Source: Chloroflexota bacterium
GTDB taxonomy: Bacteria; Chloroflexota; Anaerolineae; UBA4142
Reading direction: 5' to 3'
NCBI GenBank assembly: GCA_016223105.1
Contig: JACRPR010000040.1
Coordinates: forward strand, 18,940-82,939
DNA: 64,000 nt
Under the pieces are notes generated by a model. It saw only the letters and a list, made by a program, of their open reading frames with translations. It made no database searches and was not told where the DNA came from. Position numbers and translations under genes: made by a program. How positions within the stretch are numbered: position 1 is the first letter of the stretch; the number at the start of each line of letters is the position of its first letter. Shown here piece by piece: positions 8,669-17,842 of the stretch.

Positions 8669-9484
8669 ATGACATACTTTGAATCCGTTCCGAACAAACC
8701 AGGATTGAATTCATTGTCATCGAACGCGTGCCAATTGCTCGATTTCAATTTGCTCGTGTTGGGCGATGGCAAAACGTATCAAGGCGCGAGCGGCAAGCGC
8801 GAAATCTGCGCGGTGATTCTTGGTGGGCGCGCGACGTTCGACATTGGCGACACGCGTTTTGAAAATGTCGGCGCGCGCGCGAATGTTTTTGCCGGCAAAC
8901 CGCACTCGGTTTACCTTCCCGCGCAATCGCAATTCGCGATCACCGCGCGCGGCAATGTCGAAATCGGTTTGTGTAGCGCGCCGAGCGATTTGTCCACCGC
9001 GCCGTACGTGATCGCGTCAGAGCGCGTCGCCAGCGGCGTGTGGGGCGCGGCGAATTTTTCGCGCAACTATCATCAAATCCTCACGCTCGCGAGCCAACCC
9101 GATTTGCCCGCGCAGAGACTCATCGTCGGCGAAACGTTTACGCCGTCCGGGAATTGGAGCACGTTCCCGCCACATCGTCACGAAAAAGATGATCTGCCGC
9201 GCGAAGCGTTTCACGAAGAAATGTATTTCTTTAAGGTTAGCCCCGCCGATGGTTTCGGCATCGCGCGTTATTACAACGACGAACTCGATACCGGCTACAT
9301 CATTCGCGACAACACAATTTTGATGGCACCGAAAGGTTTTCACACGGTCGTCAGCGCGCCAGGTTACACGACGTACTATTTGTGGTTTCTCGCCGGGAAT
9401 CATCGCACGCAAGCGGTCGCGGATGATCCGACGTACGCGTGGGTTGGCAAAACCGTTCCGATGTTGAAAGCGTTGGGACACTAG
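8669..9484 (+). CDS. iolB: 5-deoxy-glucuronate isomerase family protein (IolB-type cupin)
   Basis: Collinear with B. subtilis IolB: 'KREICAVILGG', 'TRFENVGARANVF' and 'GNWSTFPPHRHEKDDLPREAFHEE'. RBS GAAGGAGA. Confidence 0.8.
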   Translation: MTYFESVPNKPGLNSLSSNACQLLDFNLLVLGDGKTYQGASGKREICAVILGGRATFDIGDTRFENVGARANVFAGKPHSVYLPAQSQFAITARGNVEIGLCSAPSDLSTAPYVIASERVASGVWGAANFSRNYHQILTLASQPDLPAQRLIVGETFTPSGNWSTFPPHRHEKDDLPREAFHEEMYFFKVSPADGFGIARYYNDELDTGYIIRDNTILMAPKGFHTVVSAPGYTTYYLWFLAGNHRTQAVADDPTYAWVGKTVPMLKALGH

Positions 9485-9579
9485 ACTTTATCGGAAATAA
9501 ATGAATTGACGTGGCGCGGGCTTTCTAGCCCGCATCCGGCGGCTTGGAAAAGCCGCGCCACATTATTTCCGATAAAGTC
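9484..9579. repeat. Family-B element, full copy with terminal inverted repeats
   Basis: GACTTTATCGGAAATAA...core...TTATTTCCGATAAAGTC. The same ~100-nt unit is inverted at 55185-55287. Confidence 0.85.
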
Positions 9580-9587
9580 TACTGAAC

Positions 9588-9628
9588 CGTGATGCGTGAT
9601 GCGTGAATTTTCACGCATCACGCATCAC
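9588..9628. repeat. Family-E hairpin
   Basis: CGTGATGCGTGATGCGTGAATTTTCACGCATCACGCATCAC, a near-perfect hairpin just upstream of kduD. A related copy lies at 27701-27740 and a half copy at 21250-21265. Confidence 0.8.
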
Positions 9629-9648
9629 TCAAGAATGGAAATTACAAA

Positions 9649-10413
9649 ATGATCCTCGAACAATTCAATCTCACCGGCAAAGTCGCGCTTGTTACCGGCG
9701 CGGCGCAGGGGCTGGGACAAGGAATGGCGCTCGGTCTCGCGGAAGCGGGCGCGGACATTTGCGCGCTGGATCGTTGCAACAGCGACGAAACCGGCGATCT
9801 GGTTACGCAACGCGGGCGACGTTTCTCGCAGTTGTGCGTAGATTTGCGCGCCGGATCCGTCGCGGATTTGCAAGATGCGGTCGCAATGACCGTGCGCGCG
9901 TTGGGACGCGTGGATATTTTGGTGAACAATGCCGGGATCATTCGCCGCGCGCCCGCGCTCGAATTTTCCGAGCAAGACTGGGACGATGTGTTGCAGATCA
10001 ATTTGCGCGCGGTCTTTTTCCTGTCGCAAGCCGCGGCGCGCGAGATGATGAAACAAGGCGGCGGCAAAATCATCAACATCGCTTCGATGTTGTCCTTTCA
10101 AGGCGGCATCATCGTGCCGTCGTACACCGCGGCAAAGAGCGGCGTCGCCGGAATTACGCGCGCGCTCGCGAACGAGTGGGCGAAACACAACATCAACGTC
10201 AACGCGATCGCGCCTGGCTATATGGCAACCGAAAACACCGCGCCGATTCGCGCGGACGCGCAACGCAGTGAATCCATTCTCGCGCGCATTCCCGCCGGAC
10301 GCTGGGGCGAGCCGCGCGATCTGCAAGGCGTCGTTGTGTTCCTCGCGTCGCGCGCGTCCGATTATTTGCACGGCGCGATTGTGCCGGTGGATGGGGGATG
10401 GCTCGCGCGCTAG
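9649..10413 (+). CDS. kduD: 2-dehydro-3-deoxy-D-gluconate 5-dehydrogenase (SDR)
   Basis: 'LTGKVALVTGAAQGLG', 'NNAG' and 'YTAAKSGVAGITRALANEW' are SDR motifs with a KduD-like overall pattern. Operon context supports the call. Confidence 0.8.
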   Translation: MILEQFNLTGKVALVTGAAQGLGQGMALGLAEAGADICALDRCNSDETGDLVTQRGRRFSQLCVDLRAGSVADLQDAVAMTVRALGRVDILVNNAGIIRRAPALEFSEQDWDDVLQINLRAVFFLSQAAAREMMKQGGGKIINIASMLSFQGGIIVPSYTAAKSGVAGITRALANEWAKHNINVNAIAPGYMATENTAPIRADAQRSESILARIPAGRWGEPRDLQGVVVFLASRASDYLHGAIVPVDGGWLAR

Positions 10414-10414
10414 G

Positions 10415-10442
10415 GTAGGGCAAATTTGTAAATTTGCCTTAC
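10415..10442. repeat. Family-D hairpin, copy 1
   Basis: GTAGGGCAAATTTGTAAATTTGCCTTAC, directly after the kduD stop codon. Confidence 0.8.
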
Positions 10443-10459
10443 GAAAACAAAGGAGCACG

Positions 10460-11134
10460 ATGGCAAAGTATTCCCGACTCGAAACCTTGAACGCAATGGT
10501 AGACACCGGACTCGTCCCGGTTTTTTATCACGGCGATCTCGCGATCGCGAAAAAAATTGTCGCCGCATGCGCGCAGGGCGGTGCGCGGTGCATCGAGTTC
10601 ACCAATCGCGGCGACTTTGCGCCGTTCGTGTTCAAAGACCTCGCGGAATTTGTCGCGCGCGAAATTCCAAATGTGATCTTGGGTGTCGGTTCGATTGTGG
10701 ACGCGCCGACTGCATCGTTGTACATCGCGAGCGGCGCGCATTTCGTTGTGGGACCGGTCCTCAACCCGGAAGTTGCGCGCTTGTGCAATCGGCGCAAGAT
10801 TGCGTACGCGCCGGGATGCGCGACCGCGTCGGAAATTTCGCAAGCGGAAGAACTCGGCGTCGAGATCGTCAAAATTTTTCCGGGCGGACTCGTCGGCGGA
10901 CCGGAATTTGTAAAATCCATTCTCGCGCCGATGCCGTGGACGCGCATTATGCCGACCGGCGGCGTCGAGGCAACGCAAGCAAGTGTAACGGCGTGGATAC
11001 AAGCCGGGACTGCCGCGCTCGGCATCGGCTCGAATTTGATCACGAAAGAACGCATCGCGCAAAACAAGTGGGATGAAATCGCGCAAGCAACCGCGCAGGT
11101 GTTGATCTGGATTCGCGAAGCGCGTAGCAAATGA
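10460..11134 (+). CDS. eda: KDPG/KHG aldolase (Eda family)
   Basis: ATG at 10460 with RBS AAGGAG. Collinear with E. coli Eda, including the Schiff-base lysine context 'VKIFPG' and 'PTGGV'. Confidence 0.85.
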   Translation: MAKYSRLETLNAMVDTGLVPVFYHGDLAIAKKIVAACAQGGARCIEFTNRGDFAPFVFKDLAEFVAREIPNVILGVGSIVDAPTASLYIASGAHFVVGPVLNPEVARLCNRRKIAYAPGCATASEISQAEELGVEIVKIFPGGLVGGPEFVKSILAPMPWTRIMPTGGVEATQASVTAWIQAGTAALGIGSNLITKERIAQNKWDEIAQATAQVLIWIREARSK

Positions 11135-11209
11135 GTTTGTTAGTTGGATAGTTGCATAGTTGCCTGCAAACTATCCAACTATGCAACTATTCAACTTGGA
11201 GAAATGACG

Positions 11210-12355
11210 ATGGCTAAAGTTGTAACTTACAAAGAAATCAAACCGGCGGATCAATGTAAATATGACGGCGTCGCGCTCGGCGAAGTGATGATGCGGCTCG
11301 ATCCGTTCGATGTGCCGACCGCGCGCGCGCGCGCCCTGCGCGTGTTTCAAGGCGGCGGCGAAACGAATGTCGCGTGCGGACTCGCGTACACGTTCGGCTT
11401 GCGCGCGGCGATCATCACCGCGCTCGTGGACGACGACATTGGCAAAAACATTCGCAATCAATTGCGCGAATCGAATGTGGACACATCGAAAATAATTTGG
11501 TTCAACACAAAAAATGACGGCACGCGATTTTCGACCGATCAAAAAGGGATGCTGATGAACGGAATCAATTTCACGTTCGTCGGCAAGGGCGTGATTCCAT
11601 CGGACACGCTGTACTATCGCGCGCATACGCCGGTGCGCGAACTGCGCGCGGGCGATGTGAACTGGGACGCGTTGTTCGGCGCTGAAGGCGTGCGCGTGTT
11701 TAGCACTGGCGGAATTTACACTTTGCTTTCGCCAACCTCCGCCGAACTCGCGCGCGAAGCCGTGCAAACAGCGAACGCGTGCGGCACGTTCGTCGCCGCC
11801 GATTTGAATTATCGTTCCAAAGTCGAGCCGAATAAAAATCGCGCGCGCGAAATCAATCGGCAGATCACGCCGCACTTGGGATTTCTCGTCGGCAACGATA
11901 GCGATTTGAATGACGCGCTCGGATACGAAACGAAGGTGGACGCGGATGCGCCATACCAGGAATGGATCGCGGCGTATCAAGAAACAGTGCAACAAGTCGC
12001 GCGCGCTTTTCCAAATCTGTCGCTGATCGGAACGCAGTGGCGCGGTGCGACGAACGCCGACCTGGTTTCGTGGGGCGCGGTGGTGTACGACGCGCGCGAA
12101 AACAAAATGTATCACGCGCCTCTGCGCGAAGATGTGCCGATTGCCGATCGCACCGGCGGCGGCGATTCGTTCGCGTCGGGCGTGCTCGCGGCACTGCTCA
12201 AAGGCAAAGACCTCGCGACGGCAGTGCAGTGGGGCGCGGCGCACGGCATTCTCGTGCAAGAGACGCCGGGCGACACGACGCTGATCGAACAAAAATTAGT
12301 TGAAGCCGAAGTAAAACGCGCCGCGTCGAAAGGCGGCGTGCGCGCGACGCGCTAG
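11210..12355 (+). CDS. PfkB-family sugar kinase, probable 2-keto-3-deoxygluconate kinase
   Basis: ATG at 11210 with RBS GGAGA. 'GGGETNVA' and the C-terminal 'DRTGGGDSFASG' are PfkB signatures. Operon context supports the call. Confidence 0.75.
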   Translation: MAKVVTYKEIKPADQCKYDGVALGEVMMRLDPFDVPTARARALRVFQGGGETNVACGLAYTFGLRAAIITALVDDDIGKNIRNQLRESNVDTSKIIWFNTKNDGTRFSTDQKGMLMNGINFTFVGKGVIPSDTLYYRAHTPVRELRAGDVNWDALFGAEGVRVFSTGGIYTLLSPTSAELAREAVQTANACGTFVAADLNYRSKVEPNKNRAREINRQITPHLGFLVGNDSDLNDALGYETKVDADAPYQEWIAAYQETVQQVARAFPNLSLIGTQWRGATNADLVSWGAVVYDARENKMYHAPLREDVPIADRTGGGDSFASGVLAALLKGKDLATAVQWGAAHGILVQETPGDTTLIEQKLVEAEVKRAASKGGVRATR

Positions 12356-12370
12356 AAAAAACCGGCGCGA

Positions 12371-12414
12371 AAAAAACGCGGCGCGGGTCGTCCAACCCGC
12401 GCCGTGTTTTTTTT
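12371..12414. terminator. Bidirectional rho-independent terminator
   Basis: An A-run, the GC-rich hairpin ACGCGGCGCGGGT...ACCCGCGCCGTGT, then T8. It sits between convergent genes. Confidence 0.8.
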
Positions 12415-12463
12415 GCGCCCGACTTGCCCTCGTCGTACTAGCAGGGCGAAAAGACGCGACGCG

Positions 12464-13651
12464 TCATTCCGCCGGCGCGGACGCGACCACATGAAATTTT
12501 TCCGCATCGCCGTTGTGCACCGTCTCTTCGAACAACGGAAAGTAGCGACCGATCAATGTGTACACGACTGCCATCGCCGACAGCACGCCGAATTGAATCG
12601 CGATCTCCATCCAATGCGGAGTGTATTCGAATCCTGGCGCCGGCTTGAGCGCGAACCACGCCGCGTCAAACCGATTCAGGAAAATTCCAAACAGCACGAA
12701 CAGCGCGCCGATAAGCGTCCACACGCGATTGTGCCGCACCGTTTTCGACATGAACATTACGATGGGGATGGCGCATCCGATGATCAACTCGCTCCAGAAC
12801 AACACGCTGTAGAGATTGGCGGTAAGGAGCAAGCCGATTTCTTCGGCGATGAGCAGTTCGCCGAGTTTCATAATCGCGTAGAAACCGAGCACCCAGGGTA
12901 AGAACCAGCCGAAACTGCCGACGACTTTTTGCGGCAGACTTTGTTTGAACACCCAGTAACTGATCGTCGCGCCGCCGATAATCATCGCGAGTCCGGCGGC
13001 GACCGATGATACGAAAAAGAAAAACGGGATCAGCGGCGTGTACCACAACGGATGCAAGCGTTCCGACATCACGATGAACAGCGAGCCGAGCGACGATTGA
13101 TGCAAGGTCGAAAGTGTCGCGCCGATGATGACGAGCGGCACGGTGATTTTTTTAATCACATCGAGCACGCGTTGCCAACCCAGCCGTTGAAAAAAGACCG
13201 GGCTAAATTCCGAAATCAACACGGTCGTGTACAGCAAAATGCACCACGACACTTCGAACAATGCCGAATTGATATTCGGAAAAATCATAAAGTGATAGAA
13301 CCGATCCCAGCGTCCGAGATCCATCACGAGAATAATCAACACCGAAGCGTAGCCGAGCAAGCCGGTCAACACGGTCGGGCGCGTCGCCGCGTGAAACTCG
13401 TGCATCTGAAAAACATAGACGAGCGTCGCGAGCGTGAACGCGCCGCCGGAAAACGCGACGACGAACAAATCGAAACCGATCCACAAACCCCAGGGATAGC
13501 CGTGATTCAAATTCGTCGTCGTGCCGAGTCCGACCGCGAGCCGATACACGCCGACGCCGAGTCCGAACACGGTGAGCGCGATGAGCACCCACAGCCACGC
13601 CGGGAATGATTTGATTTCGCCGATGAATGTGCGCGCGATTTTTTGTGCCAT
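12464..13651 (-). CDS. NrfD/PsrC-type polytopic membrane anchor subunit
   Basis: 395 aa with about 10 hydrophobic helices. The N-terminal 'YPWGLWIGFDLFVVAFSGG' pattern is typical of NrfD/HybB-type quinone-interacting subunits. It is the last gene of the FDH operon. Confidence 0.75.
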   Translation of the reverse strand: MAQKIARTFIGEIKSFPAWLWVLIALTVFGLGVGVYRLAVGLGTTTNLNHGYPWGLWIGFDLFVVAFSGGAFTLATLVYVFQMHEFHAATRPTVLTGLLGYASVLIILVMDLGRWDRFYHFMIFPNINSALFEVSWCILLYTTVLISEFSPVFFQRLGWQRVLDVIKKITVPLVIIGATLSTLHQSSLGSLFIVMSERLHPLWYTPLIPFFFFVSSVAAGLAMIIGGATISYWVFKQSLPQKVVGSFGWFLPWVLGFYAIMKLGELLIAEEIGLLLTANLYSVLFWSELIIGCAIPIVMFMSKTVRHNRVWTLIGALFVLFGIFLNRFDAAWFALKPAPGFEYTPHWMEIAIQFGVLSAMAVVYTLIGRYFPLFEETVHNGDAEKFHVVASAPAE

Positions 13652-13670
13652 ATCATCCTTTCATTCGTTG

Positions 13671-14465
13671 TTATTTCTCGTGATTCTCCGCCGCGAGATA
13701 TTCGCGAATCACGTTGCGCCGTTTCACCATCCAGTACACACCGCTCAACGCCAACGCCATTCCGAGCGCGATCGTCGGCGTCGCGTGTAGAACCTTGTCG
13801 TTGAGATACACCGGCGTTTCTTTCGGCAGAGTCGGAAAGCCGATCTGCTCGAACGGCACGGACGACAAGTACATCCAACTCGTTCCGCCGACTTCTTCTT
13901 CGCCGTAAATGTGTTTGATGTACGGACTGTTTTTCGCGTACACGCGTTCGCGCGCGACGGTCAACAATTCTTCGCGATTGCCGAATTGAATCGCGCCTGC
14001 CGGACAAGTTTTCGCGCACGCTGGTTTCATTCCCGCGTCGACGCGATCAATGCACATCTCGCATTTTTTGATGAGCGCGAATGTTTGGTCCCACTCGAAC
14101 GTCGGCACGCCGAACGGACACGCGTACATACAATAGCGACAACCGATGCACCGGTTTTCATCGTACACGACCGGACCTTCCGCGCGTTTTTGCAGTGCGC
14201 CGACCGTGCACGCCGCGACACATCCCGGATGTTCGCAGTGCATACATTGACGTTTGACGAACACCCACGCGAGTTTATCTTTCAACTCGACTTCGCGAAA
14301 CTCGATGTTGGTCATTGTTTTCGATGTGAGGCGCGGCGGATTTTGGTACGTGCCGCGATTGCGCGTCAACTCCGCGGGCATATCGTTCCACTGCTTGCAC
14401 GCGACCTGGCATCCGCGACAGCCGATACATTTCGTTAGGTCTACTAACATTCCGTATTGATTCAT
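13671..14465 (-). CDS. Formate dehydrogenase 4Fe-4S iron-sulfur subunit (FdnH/HybA-like)
   Basis: Four Cys clusters: 'CIGCRGCQVACKQWN', 'CMHCEHPGCVAAC', 'CIGCRYCMYACP' and 'CEMC...C'. It has a C-terminal transmembrane helix. Confidence 0.85.
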   Translation of the reverse strand: MNQYGMLVDLTKCIGCRGCQVACKQWNDMPAELTRNRGTYQNPPRLTSKTMTNIEFREVELKDKLAWVFVKRQCMHCEHPGCVAACTVGALQKRAEGPVVYDENRCIGCRYCMYACPFGVPTFEWDQTFALIKKCEMCIDRVDAGMKPACAKTCPAGAIQFGNREELLTVARERVYAKNSPYIKHIYGEEEVGGTSWMYLSSVPFEQIGFPTLPKETPVYLNDKVLHATPTIALGMALALSGVYWMVKRRNVIREYLAAENHEK

Positions 14466-14494
14466 TAGTCACCTTCGGTGAGTGCACTATTGCA

Positions 14495-17400
14495 CTAGAT
14501 TTTCCTCACATCAACCAGAAACGCCTTGTATTCTGGAATCATCGTATTGCCATCGCCGACGTGCGGCGTGATGTCGTTCGCAATGTCGCCGGTCGCGAGA
14601 CCTTGCCAACCGTAATGCCAGGGCATTCCGATTTGCTGAATCGTTTTGCCGTTGATGACAACTGATTGCCAGCGCGCGGTTACATTCGCGATTGCGGTGA
14701 TTTCGCCGCGCGCGGATTGGATGACGACGCGGTCGCCGTTGTTAATGCCTTTTTGCGCCGCGAGTTCTTTGCCGATTTCGATGAACATTTCCGGGTGCGT
14801 TTCCGCGAGCCAGGGCAAGTTGCGACTCATCGCGCCGGCTTGCCAGTGTTCGGTCAAGCGATACGTTGTGCAAACGATGGGGAATTTTTCGAACGTGCCG
14901 ATGTTATCGCCAACGTCCTTGCCCGCGTCCGTCTTCCAAATTTTCACGACCGGATTATTTTGCGTTTTGGACAACGCGTTCGCAACCGGCGATTCAATCG
15001 GTTCGTAATGTTCCGGCAAAGGTCCTTCGTTCAAGCCCTTCGGCGCGAAGAGCCAGCCCTTGCCGTCCGCTTTCATAATGAACGGATCCGTCCCGGCTTG
15101 CGCCGCGAGTGCGGCTCCTGCCGGATCGGCTTTGGTGTTCGGCGCTTTGGTCGCGACGAAATCGGGCACGTCGTAACCGACCCAGGATTTTTTCTCCGCG
15201 TCCCACCAAATCAATTTTTTATTTTCCGCCCACGGCGTTCCATCCGGGCGCGCCGACGCGCGATTGTAGAGGACGTGCCGGTTCGCGGGCCATGCCCAAC
15301 CCCAGTACGGATACATTCCCAATCCGCCCGGGTCTTTTTGGCCGCGTCTCTGCGCCGCCGGTAAAATTTTTCCTTCACCGTCGTCAATCGGCGCGCGATA
15401 GCCGGAATAAATCCACACGCCGCACGCGATTTGATCCGGGTTCGCCGCGCTTGCAATCGTCGCGAAATTCGGAATGAGATTTCCTTTCGCGACAAGCACT
15501 TTGCCGATCGCGTCCTTGATGTCATCGAGCGCGAATCCGTTCATCTCGCGCGCGACGGCTTCGGCGGTCGGCGTGTCGCCGTAATCCCAAACCAGGTCGA
15601 GAATCGGGCGGTCTTTCGCGTCGCTCGAATTTTTGTAGAGCGATTTCAACGTCTTGGCGAGCCGGTCGAGTATCCACAAATCTTCGCGCGCATCGCCGGG
15701 TGCGCTCGCGATTTTTGGTCGCCACTGAATGCGGCGTCCGCTCGAAACGACACTGCCTTCTTTTTCGACCGCGTCCGCGGCGGGAAGCAAAAACACTTCG
15801 GTCTTGATGTCTGCCGAATTCACGCCCGGCGCTTTCCAAAAACTCGCGGTCTCGGTTTCGAACAAATCTATCGCGACGAGCCATTCGAGTTTTTCCAACG
15901 CCTTGCGTTCCATTCGCGAATTCGGACCCGCGACTGCCGGGTTTTGTCCCATGCACACGAGACCTTTGAGCTTGCCGGCGAACATCGTTTCAAAAAGTGA
16001 AATCCAGGAATAATTGCCGGAGGTTTTCGGCAAATAGTTGAACGCGTACTCGTTCTCTTTCGTCGCCGCGTTGCCGAACCACGCTTTCAAAAGCGAAACG
16101 AAAAATTTTGGACCGTTCGCCCAGTATGAAGTGGTATCGTACTTCGCGGTAAACGTCGCGAGGTCGGCTTGCTTGTCGGTCGGCAAACCCAGGTACGCCG
16201 GGAGCGCGTCGAACAGCAAGCCCATATCGGTCGAACCCTGCACGTTCGATTCGCCGCGCAACGCGTTGACGCCGCCGCCGGGCAAACCGATGTTGCCGAG
16301 GAGCAATTGCAAAATGCCCATCGAGCGCACGTTTTGCGTGCCGACGGTGTGTTGTGTTTGACCCATCGCGTACAAAATCGTGCCGGATTTGTCCACCGCG
16401 CCGGTCGCGCAAAATGCTTGTGCGACCGCGAGGAATTTTTCTTTCGGCGTGCCGGCAATTTTTCCGACGAGTTCCGGCGTATAGCGCGCGTAATGTTTTT
16501 TCAAAAGCGCGAACACGCAGTTCGCATCGTCGAGCGACGCGGCTTGCTTTGGCACGCTCACTTCTTTTTCGCCAACCTTGATTTTTTCGGTTTGATATTG
16601 CCACGACGCGTTGCCGTAACTCGCTTTTTCCGCGTCGAATCCGGAAAACAAACCGTCGAGGTCGGCGGGACCTTTGAACTCGGGCGCGATCAACGTGAGC
16701 GCGTTCGTGTACGCTTTGACGTACTCTTCGTTGTAGAGTTTATTTTGAATCGCGTAATTAATCAGTCCGCCGAGAAATACAATGTCCGTGCCGGGACGGA
16801 GCGGCGCGTAAATGTCCGCGCTCGCCGCGCTTCGCGACACGCGCGGATCCACGACGATTAATTTCGCGCCGTGTTCGCGCGCCTGGTTGATCCAAATAAA
16901 AGACGCGGGATGATTTTCCGCCGGGTTGCCGCCGATAATCAAAATCGCGTCGGCGTTTTTAATGTCCACCCAATCGTTCGTCATCGCGCCGCGGCCAAAT
17001 GTGGGGCTGAGACCAGCCACCGTCGCGCTGTGTCAGATCCGCGCCTGGTGTTCGAGATACACCAGCCCGAGCGCGCGCGTGAGTTTCGACGCCGCGTAAC
17101 AATCTTCGCTATTGTTCGCCGCGCCGCCGAGCCACGCAATCGCTTCCGCGCGATTCACCGCGACATTTTTATCGCCGACCTTGAATGTTTTCACGAACGA
17201 TTCATCGCGCGCTTTTTTCACGCGTTGCGCGATTTGTTCGATTGCCCAGTCCCAGGATTTTTCTTCCCACTGAGTCGCGCCGGGCGCGCGATAGCGCACC
17301 TTGCTCAAGCGCAGAGGGCTGTTCGAAAGTTGACGCACCGCGATGGATTTCGGGTCGAGCGCGCCGCGATTGACCGGATTGTCCGGGTCGCCTTCGACGT

Positions 17401-17602
17401 TCGTGATGTGTCCGTGCGCGTCGGTCGCGATGAGCAAGCCGCACCCGCACGAGCAGTACGGACAAATCGTCGCTTGTGAACCGACGGATTTGTGGAGCGG
17501 AGATTTTTCTCCACCGCTATCGGCATGCGTCGCGCCGGGAAGCATCAACGCGCCGCCGAGCGCGGCGGACGTTTGCAGGAACTGACGCCGGGAAAGTTTC
17601 AT
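14495..17602 (-). CDS. fdnG: Formate dehydrogenase alpha subunit, selenocysteine-containing, Tat-exported
   Basis: ORFs 17033..17602 and 14495..17020 are in one frame, joined by TGA at 17033-17035. The junction reads 'LEHQARI-U-HSATVAGLSPTFGRGAMTNDW', matching the FdnG 'ARVUHGPTVASLAPTFGRGAMTN' motif. Tat signal 'SRRQFLQ'. 'CPYCSCGCG' 4Fe-4S motif. Confidence 0.9.
17005..17035 (-). promoter_or_regulatory. UGA(Sec) codon plus candidate SECIS hairpin
   Basis: On the mRNA: UGA CAC AGC GCG ACG GUG GCUGGUCUCAGCC. A 5-bp stem GGCUG/CAGCC with loop GUCU begins about 14 nt after the UGA. Confidence 0.55.
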
Positions 17603-17644
17603 AACGATTCCTCCTGGGATGTGGGCGATTTTCTATGTGGCGAA

Positions 17645-17673
17645 ATTATAAATCGCGCGCGCGCGCATCTCAA
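17645..17673 (-). promoter_or_regulatory. Candidate sigma-70 promoter of the FDH operon
   Basis: Minus strand reads TTGAGA-17 nt-TATAAT, about 45 nt upstream of the AGGAGG RBS and ATG at 17602. Confidence 0.5.
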
Positions 17674-17682
17674 GCAAACGCA

Positions 17683-17711
17683 TACTCATTTTTGCGCGTG
17701 CGACTACTCAT
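17683..17711. promoter_or_regulatory. Two direct TACTCAT heptamers (NarL-type TACYYMT match)
   Basis: TACTCAT at 17683-17689 and 17705-17711, 22 bp apart. They lie just upstream of the candidate fdnG -35 and next to a NarL-family two-component system. Confidence 0.4.
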
Positions 17712-17842
17712 TGCGCGCATCGCGTTGACTACCCACTTGCAACCCGGCTAGGACACGATTTTGACTTGAGAATTTTTCAAAAACACTTGCCAAAAACCGG
17801 GTTATGAAGTATGCTTGAAATGGAAACGCAAAAGGAAATCCA

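Noticed and set aside
9625-12292. Antisense ORFs 9625..10506 (-), 10439..11086 (-) and 11171..12292 (-) across the KDG operon.
   Set aside because: They are shadow ORFs of well-supported plus-strand genes, with an Arg-rich composition and no RBS or family motifs.
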